From assembly GCA_028534125.1 (NCBI GenBank), contig CM052816.1:38690001-38754000 (forward strand): DNA of 64,000 nucleotides, in the 5' to 3' direction. The position numbers and the translations under genes are program-made. Every line of letters begins with the position of its first letter. Positions within the stretch are counted from its first letter, which is position 1. Under the pieces are notes generated by a model, which worked only from the letters and a program-made list of their open reading frames with translations, searched no databases and was not told the origin of the DNA. Positions 14,005 to 27,052 of the stretch are shown piece after piece. The stretch comes from Lama glama (lineage: Eukaryota).

Positions 14005-14862
14005 ATAATGGCCAATACTCAGAACACTGACATCACCAAATGCTAGTGAGGATGTGGAGCAACAGGAACTTTTATTCAGTGCTGGTGGGAATGTAAAATG
14101 ATATGGCCACCATGGAGGACAGCTTGGCAGGATCTTACAAAACTAACCATGCTCCTACCATACAATTCAGCAATCACGCTCCTTAGTATTTACTCAAGGG
14201 AGTTGAAAACTTATGTCTACATGGAAACTTGCACATAGATGTTTATAGCAGATTTATTCATAATTGCTGTAAGTTGGAAGCAATAAGATGTTCCTCAGTA
14301 GTGAATGGGATAAATAAGCTATAGTATATCCAGACAATGGAATATTATTCAGCACTAAACAGAAATGAGCTGTCAAGCCATAAAAAGACACTGAAGCATC
14401 TTAAATGCATATTACTAAGTGTAACAAGCCAATCTGAAAAAGCTACATACTATATGATTCCAAATATATGACATTCTAGAAAAGGTCAAAGTATAGAGTC
14501 AGTAAAAACATCAGTGGTTGCCAGGGATTAGGTGCTGGAAGCATTAACAGGCAGAGCACAAAGGATTTTTAGGGCATTGCATAACACTGCAATGGTGAAT
14601 GTAGGTCATTATGCATGTGACAAAACTCACAGAATGTACAACACCAAGGTTGAACCCTAATGTAAATGATGGATTCTGGATGATAATGATGTGTCAGTGT
14701 AGGCAGTCAATTGTAACAAATGTACCTCTCTGATGGGGGATGCTGATGAAACTGTGCATGTGTCAGGGTAGGGAGTACAAGGAAAATCTCTGTACCTTAT
14801 GTTCAGTGTTGTTATGAACCTAAAACTGATTAAGAAAATAAAGTCTGTTAAAAAAAAAAAAA
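14005..14862 (+). mobile_element. Old L1 (L1MC/L1MB-like) ORF2 C-terminus, 3' UTR and A-tail
   Basis: aaatgctagtgaggatgtggagcaacaggaact...gctggtgggaatgtaaaatg; 3' UTR agaatgtacaacaccaag...gaaccctaatgtaa; aaataaa followed by an A-run at 14849-14862. Confidence 0.85.
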
Positions 14863-16627
14863 GGCTTCCCACAAGTTCTGTGAGAATCAAAGGAGTTCCC
14901 ATCTACAAAGTGTTCAGTAAAGTTTCCAACATACAAAAGAGATTCAATAAATTCTAAGCTATTATTTTTATATTTATACTATTCCATAAACCTTATCTAA
15001 GCAAAGGAAACACCCAATCTTTTGCGTGTATGAAAGAAAAAGGAAAAAAATACAAGGAAAGAAATATACCAAAAACTCAAAAGATTATCCTGCCACTGAG
15101 TTGCCCCAATATGGCACTGACTGGGATTACAATGTGATCTCCTTAAGATTCTTGTTTTGACTCACTGTAACATTAAGACAAAAACACCTCCTCTCTAAGT
15201 AACTCATGAAAACACTCACAGGGGCCTCTGGACTGAGAGAGAGGGTAATTATGAGAAACTTGATAATAAGAAAGTAACAGCAGCCAAGGCATCTTTAGGG
15301 AGCAAGCTGAGAGTCAAAACTTTTCAGGTCACCAACAGGAGAACACAGCTGGATACAACAACGCAAAGGCGAATGAATATAACTCTGACCATCACTCACT
15401 CCAGCAAATGAAGAGCCATACTGCTGGGCACTGAATCCCACCCAAAGAGGCTATGGGCAATGACTCCCTCTGGAAACAAATGTCTATTCCAATACAAAAT
15501 TAGCAGGTATATAACTCTGACTTTTCCTATTTGATCAATTGAGAAGCAAATTCCAATTCCCTGACCTAGGAAATCAAGTATATGGGGTTGCATATTAAAA
15601 CCTTTGTTCCCTGCATTTTGAAGAATCTTACTCATCATGTGGACTTTGAAAATATGGACATTCTGGTCACCTTATGCAAACTCAGTGTTAGTTCTGGGCA
15701 CAAAAGGATAGTACATTCTATGTCTCTTAAAATGACGCTACTTTGACTTTTTAAAATTTGTTTATTTTTAAATTACTGTGAATTACATGGCTTGAATTAC
15801 AAATAATATATTTACTTTGTATCCCAAGGTATCTTCATGTGTACAGTTCATATCCAAAAACTGGACCACATAAATTTAACAGCAAGCAGACATTATGAAA
15901 ATAAAATTCATGTTCAGATTATTATCAAGATATGACCAAATGTATTTAAACAAGATTGTTTAAATGCTTGAATTAATCCTATCTACCTATTCATTTTTTA
16001 TTTTATTAACAAAGCATTTCGGGGTTACTTACCGGGTAACAATTGTAAAAATATCTGCTCTTACCCTTCCTAGAATCACTCAAATTTTCAGCATTTGGAA
16101 CACTAAATTTTCAACTATAAGTTCAGTTGCAGGAACCAATTTTGCACCATAAACTCATAGGTGCAAAGCTTATCATCAAGGCAGCCTGCAGACAGCTGTT
16201 CACAGTAGCACCCAGACTCTTTTCTTTCTGCCTGAACGTCTACAGTAATTGATTTCTCGAATACCAAATGTAATAACTGACTCTTTAGCTTCGGCTGAGA
16301 CAACTAAAGAGTTCTGATTTCCTTCCAGGAATCCTTTTCTCCTGTCCCGTCTCCATCACTGAGATTTCTGCTTTGCCTGGAACTCAGCTCCATGCCTGCC
16401 ACTAAGATCTTACACTTCTTACATTGTTCAAGACTGCAGAGCTTTCTTTTCTCCTGGCCCCGCATATCCTATTTGACACATTGCTCCCACCTGAGCCTCA
16501 GTTCTTATTATGCTGCAGGACACAGGTTGAAGTTAGCAACAGCCATGGCTGTGAAAATTTCCACAGCCAGGAAAGCCAGGCAGGGGAGGCCTGAGAACTA
16601 AAGGAGGCCAGTAGATTTTTATAAGCT

Positions 16628-16990
16628 ACTATAGGCTGAATGTTTGTGTCCCTTCAAAATTCATATATTGAAACCCTAAACCCCAATCTGATGATATTTG
16701 GAGGTGGGGCCTTTGGGAGGTGATTGGGTTCAGATGAGGTCCTGAAGGCAGAGCCCCCATGATGGAGCCAGTGCCCTTATTAGAAGAAGGAAAGGTATCA
16801 GAGCTGCTTCTCTCTGCCGTGAGAGGATACAGCAAGAAGGTAGCGGTCAGCTAGTGAGGAAGAGGGCGCTCATCAAGAACCAAATCTGCCAGCACCTAAT
16901 CTTGGACTTCTCAGCTTCCAGAGCTGTGAGAAAAAAATGGCTGTTGTTTAAAACATTCAGTCTCTAGTATTGTGTTACAGTAGCCAAATT
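16628..16990 (+). mobile_element. MaLR solo LTR (MLT1A/MLT1B-like)
   Basis: tactataggctgaatgtttgtgtccc...aaattcatatattgaaaccctaa...ggaggtggggcctttgggaggtgatt...ttggacttctcagcttccagagctgtgaga. Confidence 0.85.
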
Positions 16991-16999
16991 CCTACACAA

Positions 17000-18050
17000 T
17001 ACATTGTAAGGCCTTTCCCTTTGTCTCTGAAAAGAACAGAAGGCCCTTGGTGGGTTTTGAGTTGAAGGATGAAACGATCAGGGCTACATTTTAAGACTAT
17101 TCAAAATGTTATTTGAATGGGGCAGGGATAGAGCATGAGAGATCAGTTAGGGAACTATCACAACAATCCCAATGAGGGATGTTGGTAGGTCCGACCCAGT
17201 TAGTGGTAAAAGAGATTGGGAGCAGCGGCAAAATCCTAGATTTATTTTTAAGGTAGAGTCAATATATATTCTGATAGATTGGCTATAAACTATGCATAAA
17301 TGAAAAGAGTCAAAGATGACTCAAAGGTTTTTGGGCTGAGCAATTAGGAAGTGGAAGTTGTCATTAACTGATATGGAAGAGGCTATAATTGAAGCAAATT
17401 TGGGGAAGGAAAAGATTCGGAATCCTTTTTTGGACATATTAATTTTGAAGTGTCTATTCGACATCTAAATGGAACTGTCAAATAGTTAGCTGGATATATG
17501 ATTCTGGAATCGGTCTGGGCTGAAGATATAAATTTGGCAATTGTCAGCACACGGATGAGATTTAAGCCACTACGCAGATGAGATCACCAACATAACAAGG
17601 AGATAAAGAGAAGAGGTCCAGGGTCTGAGCTCTGAGCCAAAGTAACATTAAAAGGTCAAGATAAACAAGACACAGCAAAAAGAAGACAGAGAAGACGTGG
17701 TAGTAATGTAGAAAGAAATCCGGCAGCATGTGGTATCCTGGGAGCTAAGTGAAGAAAGAGTTTTCAGGAAAAAAGGAATTATCAACTGTGTAAAATGTTG
17801 CTAATAGAACAAGTTAGATGAGCACTGAGAACTGAATTTAGCAGCCTGAGAGTCTTTGTTGACTTTGATGAGAGCAATTTTGGAGGGAGGCAGAGTGTCA
17901 AAAGCCTGAGAAGTGAGTGTAAGAGAGGTACAAAGAGAGGAATTGGGGACTGGAAGTTCAGGAAACTCTTTTAAGGGCTTTCACTGCAAAGAGAAACAAA
18001 GAAAGCAGGCTGGAGAGGAACTTTGTTAAGAGATTTTTATTTTAAGATGA
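17000..18050 (-). mobile_element. L2 LINE fragment
   Basis: gagtcaaagatgactcaaaggtttttgggctgagcaatt...ttttggacatattaattttgaagtgtctatt...agttagctggatatatg. Confidence 0.75.
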
Positions 18051-19049
18051 GCTAATGCCATGTTGTTTCCAATGAATATTTACAGTAAAGTGCTTAGAAC
18101 TCAAATAGAATCACATAGTCCAATTTACACACATTTCTTTAGATGCTAGTGATAGTGGCACAATTTTCAGTTCTATTCTTGGTCAAAAATATAATTATTT
18201 TGGTTTTCCTTCAATGATTAGCACATAAAAAAGCTTATTTGGCCCTGCTAGCAATTTATTACTTTTAAAACATTTTCTATCAACTAATGCATTCTCCCAG
18301 TTCAACTTAATGTTAGCACAATGGTCATGCAGGGAAACATATGAATGGTGTATAATTAACCCTTCTTTCCCTTCCTGCCAAAATATTACACACACTAATG
18401 CCTTCCTCTTTTTAATGTGAATCACCAAAATGTTTTTTTCTCCTCTAGTCCTTTTACTTAAAAGCAAGAAAAGATGTATCTTCCAAAATTGGAAGAAACA
18501 CACATGTCTATAGGAGCTGAATCTAAATCTAAAATCTAAAATCACCCTTCACACATGACATCACTCTCACCATCAGCAACTCTACCTGCAGAATTAAGGC
18601 AACAGAGGATCAGCTGCTTTTTCAGAAGCAAGATGCTCCTCAAAAGAAGCCGGGCTGTTACACAGTCTTCCACCCTAAAAGGGAGTTCTCATGGCAACAC
18701 TGCTATGTACTGTTCACAAGTTTCCACTGAACAGCATAAGGATGAAGCACTCAAGAAGCACTATTAGTAGGACTGGGGGAAAGGCTAGAAGTCCATTAAC
18801 ATTTACCTGTTTTCCCACAGTAAACAAAGTTTAAGTTTCTAAGTCATATTTTGGATCTAGTAGACCAAAAATATTTAGACTACAAATATATATAATGCAA
18901 ATTTTAAAATATCCCTTTAAATAAACATTAAACACATAAAATAACTGTTCCAGTAAGAAAGCAGGAAGATGCTACTCCATACGATTTTTTAAATTACTTC
19001 AGTAAGTGGTTACAAATAAAATTAATTGAAACAGAACAAGAAGTAATTC

Positions 19050-19370
19050 AGTGCTTTCAATTGATCAAACATTTAATCAGAACCTATAATGTGCCAGGTT
19101 CTGTGCTAGGAATAGAAGGACGAAAAATGACATTTATCTTGCCTTTGAACAGCTCACATTCTAAAAGGAGAGACAAAACATAATGTGGAAAATGCTCTAA
19201 TAAAATATTAGAAATAGGTACAAAAAGGTATAGAAACACAGAATAATTAATTCCACTAGTCTCAGTGGGGAAAACTAAAGAGAAGAGTTAATATTTGAAG
19301 GATGAAAGTGTCATTCTACAGTCTGGAGAGGGCTGGGGGAGGCAGGAAAGGCAGGTTAAACAATTTAGAG
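19050..19370 (-). mobile_element. L2 3' end
   Basis: aaacatttaatcagaacctataatgtgccaggttctgtgctagg...cttgcctttgaacagctcacattcta. Confidence 0.6.
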
Positions 19371-19374
19371 TAAG

Positions 19375-19645
19375 GGTATCTCTGTCCATTTAGCGCTGCT
19401 GTAATAAAAATGCCACAGGATGAGTAGCTCAACAACAAACACTTTTCACAGTTCTGGAGGCTGAGAAGCCCACAATGCAGCTGCCGCGAGGTTTTGTGTC
19501 TGGAGATAGCATGCTCCCTGGTTCATAGATGACCATCTAATTTCTGTGTCCTCATGAGGGAGGAGCCTTCCTGACGTAATCGCCTCTCAGAAGCCTCATC
19601 TCTGAATACCATCGCATTGCGTGGACACAAACATTCAATCTACAA
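19375..19645 (-). mobile_element. MaLR LTR (MLT1-like), partial
   Basis: gtccatttagcgctgctgtaataaaaatgccacagg...cacagttctggaggctgagaagccc...ggttcatagatg. Confidence 0.7.
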
Positions 19646-19899
19646 CAAGGAGTCACAGCAAGGACAAAGGCAGGGAAATAGAACACTGTTTCCAAGATGA
19701 ACACAGTCATTAACACTTCAGTAGGCCTGCTTCCCGTAAACAAGGCAGTCAGAGCAAAAGATGGACTTTTCTTTCCTGAGAGTGTCTCTGAAGAAAGCAC
19801 CTGGGAGGGAGTCCATTACTAAACATGGCAGGGGCAGGCATGGAGGAAGCAAAGGGAGACCATCACCTCATAAGGAGACTGCTTAAAGAAAGGAAATTT

Positions 19900-20610
19900 T
19901 TCACCCTTGCTTCCTCTCTTTTCCTCACTACAACTTTCCTTAGCATTATGTCAATTATCAGCAAGTCCTACAGTGGCATCTTCAAAATATATTGTAATTC
20001 TACCACTTCTCACCATCTTCTCCAACAGCCCATGAACTCAAGCCAGCACCATGTTTCTCCTGGACTACCACAACAGCTAATGTCTCTAAAATCCAGAGTG
20101 ATCATTTTTAATCATGACTCAGATTACATTGTTCTCTTTCTTTAAAATTCTCCATCAGAATACAACCACAACTAAAAATAAAAATCAAAGTGTCCTATTA
20201 TTATACCTGTAAGTCCATATATGATTAGGCTCCTACCTACCTTCCACCATCAGCTCTTATTTATTTCTTTTGCCTGGAATTCTCTTACCTGTGACCTTTA
20301 CATAGCCAGCTCTCTCACCGTTCAGTTTTGCAGCCCAAATGCCACCCATGGAGGCCTTTTGTGATCACACCATCTGAAGCAGTTCCTTCTTTCCACTCTC
20401 TATGCATTACCCACGATGTTTTCTACGTAGCACTTATCACTATTTTAAATCATCTTATTTATCTTGTTTACTTGTTTATCTCTTCTTTTCCACAATTCTA
20501 ATAAACTCCAAATAACATTTCTGTTTTGTTTACTACTGTTTCTCAACACCTAGCATTGTGTCTGGAACTGAATAACCACTCAATAAACAACAGTTAAATG
20601 TATGCGAAAG
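19900..20610 (+). mobile_element. L2 LINE fragment with 3' end
   Basis: atcagcaagtccta...tttctcctggacta...cctagcattgtgtctggaact...actcaataaacaacagttaaatg. Confidence 0.7.
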
Positions 20611-21079
20611 TTTAGGCAGTTGGAGAGATGTATCCAGAGAATTTTTGGAAGTTTCCTCTGTGATACACTTCATAAAATTTCTCTGTATCTCCTTCAGAAA
20701 CCTATTATAGAGACCTATATTCTTCAAAACTTCCAGAGACAAATGGAAGTGTCTTGATGTCTAATACCATGCAGACTTGGGCTTCAAGGCAAGTGAAAAT
20801 AGGTCCCCCTGAATATGGGATACAACTACAAGCCCTATTTGAAGACATATCACCCCCAAATAGCTAATTCCTGTGCAATGGAAATGTTTATACACTCATC
20901 TGTCTTTATGAGATAATACAAGTTTAGCTGTAATGTCAAAGGCAATACGAGTTACATGGAAACTATAAGTCATGAAGGGTTCTGGTGAGGACCTTACAGA
21001 CGAACTAGAAAATAAAAGAGATTAAATTTTATTATGAAAAGTTATGCTAAATAACAGAATTGGAGATGTGGAGTTTTCA

Positions 21080-21510
21080 CGGGTAAAGCTGGCTCTATGA
21101 TGTGTCAAACACATTCCACAGCAAAGACAATTACATTTAAGAGACATGAACAGTTACGAGAGAGAAGTCCTCCACTCTGCAAGAGATTCCTATGGCTTTA
21201 TTGCGGGCTGAATACAGTTTCTCCTTCCTTTTGTTCTCATTTCATGTTTCCCATGCAATCTTCTGGTTACAATCCAGTTTCCCAGGTACCTTGCAGCCAG
21301 GAAAATGGCTGAGCCAGAACGAGCATTCCAGTCACCAGAAAGGGTGGGACTGTCTGCAGTCCTTGTGGAGGCTGCATCACAGCCCACCTTCTCCCTCTGC
21401 CCAGTCAGCTTCTTCACTTCTCTTCCCCAGGTGTTTACCCCAATATACTTCACTTCCTATATGCTAATCTCTAGCTCACAGTTTGCATCCCTGGAAACCC
21501 AATCTCCAAC
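21080..21510 (+). mobile_element. ERVL LTR (LTR16-like)
   Basis: tgcatcacagcccaccttctccctctgcccagtc...ctatatgctaatctc...gtttgcatccctggaaacccaa. Confidence 0.55.
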
Positions 21511-22569
21511 CTCTATTTTTTAGCACAGTAGGATCCAGGTGTTCAAATGATGTTGTCAGCAGTATGTCTCTGTTGCTCAGCTCTGCAATAAATTATTTTT
21601 TAGTGAGTTAGTCCTCTGTGGTAGAAAGAGAATTTCACGTCATTTCACCAAAAATCTTCTTTCCAAAATCAGTTCTGTAAAAATAAATTTATCTAATGAC
21701 AATTGTGTAAACAATTGCTAGAAGTAAAGTAAGCTATTTGCCATCTGAGGAATTGGTACAAGAAAGCCGAAAATGCCTAAAAGTAGAGGGAACGTGACAT
21801 AAAAAATCATCCAAAAGAAGTAAAAAGGTATTCTGCTTTCTCACAATAAGCAATTAGATATATGAACTTGAAAATAATTTCCTGAGAGAATTCACCTAAA
21901 ACAATTAAATTATTCCAAGTAATGTTAGGATGACCAGAAGCAATCACTATTATTACTGTAATATACCTTAAAATTACTACATCATATTTGTCATAAGACA
22001 AAAGCAGAAAAACTGAAGAATCAAAATAGAAATTGGCTAAAAATCCAAAATATATGATTAAAGTATAAAATTAACTAGAAGGCAAGAGGAAAATCACACC
22101 AAATATTAATTTTACTATCACTTTTTAGAAATAAGCTAAGGTTTAAATGCCATGTGAAAAATTGCCAGCAATATCTTAACAGTGCTAAAATGCTGTTGAT
22201 ACAAAAAAATTAAACATATTTGGAACAAACTGAAATTGAAAAAATTCACATGAAATGCTATTGACTATTATAAAATACTGTGTTCTAAATATGAAATATA
22301 TATATTTTAAGAAAAATACATCACCCTATGATCTTTAGAACTGGCCAACTATAACATTCTTTAAAAGGTTCATATAAAGAAAAATAAAAACTAAGAAACT
22401 TCAAAAGCTTTTAAAAGCATTTCTAAGTATAAATTGCAGTAATCTTTGCAAATAGTTAAAACACGTAAGATTTTGGTACATTGGTAGATTTGTCTTACAG
22501 TGAATTTTCATTTGGGAATTTAATTTCAGAAAATCAGTTTTTATAGAACTGATTTTCATTGACTTAGCC

Positions 22570-22800
22570 TGCCTCTAGCAAAATGGCCACTGGCAGTCAC
22601 AGTTTTATATTCTACCAATCTGATTAACTTCAGCTTAAAACTTTGTTCCAAGAGTTCCAACTGGCATTCACATTGACCAAGACAGCTTGGGTCATGAGCT
22701 CATCAACTGTGGCCAAGGATATGGAATACAGTGATCATTCAAGCTTGATCCTTGTGACATCCTCTGAAGAAACACATCTGAACTACATAGACTGCGAGTG
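22570..22800 (-). mobile_element. Old MaLR LTR remnant (MLT1J/K-like); a related piece lies at about 21525-21680
   Basis: caaaatggccactggcag...cagcttgggtcatgagctc...caactgtggccaagg. Confidence 0.4.
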
Positions 22801-24039
22801 GTAGAGGAAAAACTCATGAAAGGAAAACCTGGGTCTATTACCAGAAAAGAGGAATAGCAGATATATGTTACATCATTCATTCTGAAACTTCAAATAAACC
22901 TTTTTCTTGTTTAGCAGTATTTCTCTAACCATTGTTAATGGAACCAAATTTCATCATGGCTTTCTCCTATGCTTTTGCTTTTTCAATCCACTGGAACTCA
23001 AAATGAGAAAGAAAAATTTTTTCAATCAAAAACTTATTTGTTCCCCTATAACATGCTGTGAAGACAGAACATTATCTTTTTTCTCTATTTTACAATTTAT
23101 TTAGCCACTCTTGCTTTTTAGCTTGGATTCCAGCATTCAAATTATTATCATACACTTCTGATTGACAAGAGGGAAGAGTGTTCCCAAGTTGAAGTTGTAT
23201 CCCAAGATACAATCTGATACATGTCTGATACAGTTGACAGATGTCAGTTATTACATACTTTCATTGACAACAAGCTCTTTCTAGTGTACAGAAGCTTTTG
23301 TGAAATATATCAGAATTTTTAATTATTTTAATTTTTAACATGAACTATGATGACTTTTTACCACATTTAATCTCTATCAATTAACTCTACTCTGGATAAC
23401 GAAGAGTTAGCATGTTTGTAATAAAGCAAAATAAAAATATGTAATAAAGCAAATTAGAATAAGATTCTAAATTGAATCTTCAGATGATACTTAAAATGTT
23501 CTCACAGCCTTTCCTTCAACAATCATTTAATAAATATACATTGTGAGCCAAGCACTGTTCCTGGCACTAGGCATATGGCTAAAACAAATGTCTTACACTC
23601 CGGCTTACTCTTAGAAGAGGAAACAGCAAATAAACACATCATATTAGGTATTGATAATTATTATGTAAAAAACAAAGCAGGGCAAAGAGAGTGAAAAGGG
23701 TCAGAGTTTGATAGAATGGTCAGAGTTTGGTGCATTCAATAAACAATATACTCAAGTTCTATTTTAATTGAGAAAAAAGATGAAGAAAAGGCAAATTAAA
23801 AGCCAAGTGAAATTTTTATTACTGGTAACACTGAATGTGGAAAATGTGTCTGCTATCTGTAGGCAAACGGACTTCCTAATATAAAAATTTACAATTAGAT
23901 TGACCTGCCAACCCAGTCACTGTTGGTAAACTGCATGCTCCCTCACAGTGTCAGACCTCTCGTATAGCAGCATAGCACGAGCAGAGGGAATCCATACTTC
24001 CTGCATGCAGCCAGATCGCAAGGAGGACAAGGTAAGTTC

Positions 24040-24515
24040 TTTCAATTTTCTCTTCCAATTACCCAAGTAGATAAAGTCAAATTTCCTCTAGTGCAAAGTG
24101 AATGAGAGGATAGACACAAGACAGGTATGTTATTACAGTCTCTATACATGGAAGGAAACAGGAGAAAGGGGGGAGTAAAGATCTGCCTGAACATGTGTTT
24201 TTCTTCAGCCATATTTTGCTGCTCAGGTGCAGATGCAAAGTAAGAAGGCAGAGAGTTGGTTGGGTTTAACCAGGGACACAGCCTGATGAATGCTACAGAA
24301 AGCAGGGGTAGGGAGGAGGAAGGGAGGTGTTGAGCATGTCTGGAAGGGATTAATTGTAGAAAAGGATCATAGAATATAAATTGGATGGGAAAAGTGAGTT
24401 CATTAAGAGAGTAATGAGCAATGAATAAGTAGTACACTAAATGGATCAGATCCAAATGTAATCAAATAATGTTTGAGACAGGGAATCAGTAAGTGACTTG
24501 GAAATATAAGCTAGT
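24040..24515 (-). mobile_element. L2 internal fragment (left part of the element split by MLT1)
   Basis: ttttcttcagccatatt...gctgctcaggtgcag...gagagttggttgggtttaaccaggg resembles reverse-orientation L2 ORF2. Confidence 0.55.
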
Positions 24516-24518
24516 TGA

Positions 24519-24869
24519 TTTGGTAGAGCATAATGGCCCACAAAAGATGTCCACATCCTAATCCCCTGAACCTATGAATATGTTACTTTATATGGCAAAA
24601 GGGTCTTTGTAGATGGGATTAAGTTAAAGATCATAAAGTGGGGAGAGTCTCATGGACTATTCAAGTAGGCTCAATATAATCACAAAGGTCCTTATAAGGG
24701 GAAGGCAGAAGAATCAGAGACAGAGAAAGGATATGTGATGATAGAAACAGAGGGACAAGATCAGAAAGAGATTTGAAGATGCTATGCTTCTGGCTTTGTA
24801 AAAAAAGGAAAGGGTCACAAGCCAAGGAAAGTAGGTAACCTCCAGAAGCTGCAACAGGCAAGAAAACAT
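24519..24869 (+). mobile_element. MLT1C/D LTR, 5' part (interrupted by L1)
   Basis: tggtagagcataatggcccacaaaagatgtccacatcctaatcccctgaacctatgaatatgttac...cctccagaagctgcaacaggcaagaaaac. Confidence 0.85.
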
Positions 24870-26879
24870 ACAAAGAAGAACTCATGCCAGTCCTTCTCAA
24901 ACTATTCCAGAAGATTGAAAAGGAGGGAATACTCCCAAACTCATTCTATGAAGCCATCATCATCCTGATACCAAAACCAGGCAAATACACTACCAAAAAA
25001 GAATTATAGGCCAATATCACTGATGAACATAGATGTCAAAATCCTCACCAAAATATCAGCAAATAGAATCCAACAGCCCATAAAAAAGATTATACATCAT
25101 GACTAAGTGGGGTTCACGCCAGGGATACAAGGGTGCTTCAACATATGCAAATCAATCAATGTAATACATCACATCAACAAAAGAAAGGACAAAAACCACA
25201 TGATCATCTCAATAGATGCAGAAAAAGCATTTGATAAAATTCAACACCCATTTATGATAAAAACTCTCGCCAAAGTGGGTATAGAGGGAACATATCTCAA
25301 CATAATAAAAGCTATATATGACAAACCTACAGCCAGCATAGTACTCAACGGTGAAAAACTCAAAAACTTCCCTCTAAAATCTGGGACAAGGATGCCCACT
25401 AACACCACTCCTATTCAACACAGTCCTGGAAGTCCTAGCCACAGCAGTCAGGCAAGAGAGAGAAATAAAAGGGATCTAAACTGGAAAAGAAGAGGTAAAA
25501 CTGTCACTATATGCTGACGACATGTTACTATATATAGGAAACCCTAAAAAGTCCACACAAAAACTACCAGAGCTGATCGAAGAATTCAGCAAGGTAGCAG
25601 GTTACAAGATTAATGTTCAAAAATCAGTTGCATTTCTTTGCACTAACAATGAATCAACAGAAAAAGAAAGTAAAGAAACAATCCCCTTTAAAACAGCACC
25701 CAAAGTAATAAAATATCTAGGAATAAATTTAACCAAGGAGGTGAAAGAATTATACACAGAAAACTATAAGCCATTGATGAAGGAAATTAAAGAAGACTTT
25801 AAAAAATGGAAAGATATCCCATGCTCTTAGATTGGAAGAATCAATATTGTTAAAATGCTCACACTGCCCAAGGCAATCTACAGATTTAATGCAAACCTTA
25901 TCAAATTATCCAGAATATATTTCACAGAACTAGAACAAATCATAATAAAATTTATATGGAACCATCAAAGACCTAGAATTGCTAAAGCATTACTGAAGAG
26001 AAAGGAAGAGGCTGGAGGAATAACTCTCCCAGACTTCAGACAATACTATAGAGCTACAGTCATCAAGACAGCGTGGTATTGGTACCAAAACAGACATATA
26101 GACCAATGGAACAGAATAGAGAGCCCANNNNNNNNNNNNNNNNNNNNNNNNNNNNNNNNNNNNNNNNNNNNNNNNNNNNNNNNNNNNNNNNNNNNNNNNN
26201 NNNNNNNNNNNNNNNNNNNNNNNNNNNNNNNNNNNNNNNNNNNNNNNNNNNNNNNNNNNNNNNNNNNNNNNNNNNNNNNNNNNNNNNNNNNNNNNNNNNN
26301 NNNNNNNNNNNNNNNNNNNNNNNNNNNNNNNNNNNNNNNNNNNNNNNNNNNNNNNNNNNNNNNNNNNNNNNNNNNNNNNNNNNNNNNNNNNNNNNNNNNN
26401 NNNNNNNNNNNNNNNNNNNNNNNNNNNNNNNNNNNNNNNNNNNNNNNNNNNNNNNNNNNNNNNNNNNNNNNNNNNNNNNNNNNNNNNNNNNNNNNNNNNN
26501 NNNNNNNNNNNNNNNNNNNNNNNNNNNNNNNNNNNNNNNNNNNNNNNNNNNNNNNNNNNNNNNNNNNNNNNNNNNNNNNNNNNNNNNNNNNNNNNNNNNN
26601 NNNNNNNNNNNNNNNNNNNNNNNNNNNCAAGGGGGCGGAGGGTGGGAAGGGATAGACTGGGATTTCAAAATTGTAGAATAGATAAACAAGATTATACTGT
26701 ATAGCACAGGGAAATACATACAAGATCTTATGGTAGCTCATGGAGAAAAAAGTGTGACAATGAATATACATATGTTTATGTATAACTGAAACATTGTGCT
26801 CTACACTGGAATTTGATACAACATTGTAAAATGATTATAAATCAATAAAAAATGTTTTAAAAAAAACTAAAAAAAAAAA
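24870..26879 (+). mobile_element. Young 5'-truncated L1 (ORF2 reverse transcriptase region, 3' UTR, poly-A), containing the assembly gap
   Basis: ORF-track pieces 25107-25517, 25522-25830 and 25855-26127 are L1 ORF2 ([26 protein letters not shown] at 25510-25521; IKYLGINLT). G-rich 3' UTR tract, AATAAA and an A-tail follow. TSD aggcaagaaaacat (24856-24869) / aggaaagaaaacat (26881-26894). Frameshifts and stops make it inactive. Confidence 0.95.
26128..26627. other. Assembly gap, exactly 500 N
   Basis: Run of n from 26128 to 26627. Confidence 0.99.
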
Positions 26880-26880
26880 G

Positions 26881-27052
26881 AGGAAAGAAAACATTCTCCC
26901 CAAGAGCCTCCAAAAGGAATACTATTCTGCTGATACCTTTATTTTAGTGAATAAGACCCATTTCAGACCTCTTACCACAAGAACTATGAGATAAAACAAC
27001 TGTGCTGTTTAAATCACTAAGATCATTACAGCAGCAATAGAAAACTAATACA
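26881..27052 (+). mobile_element. MLT1C/D LTR, 3' part
   Basis: attctccccaagagcctccaaaaggaa...ctgctgatacc...cagcagcaatagaaaactaataca (canonical MLT1 end). Confidence 0.85.

Noticed and set aside
22529..22557. 11-bp-arm hairpin (also a 10-bp-arm hairpin at 39113-39136) as a miRNA or terminator
   Set aside because: Too short and AT-rich for a pre-miRNA, and intrinsic terminators do not apply to this mammalian context.
108..24455. Many 60-137 aa ORFs in the upstream region
   Set aside because: No domain similarity that I recognise and no consistent splice structure; many overlap L2, MLT or L1 relics. Expected background in six frames.
25855..26771. ORFs of 202-266 aa in the ORF track
   Set aside because: They are long only because they run through the 500-N gap; the real parts are L1 ORF2 or its antisense.
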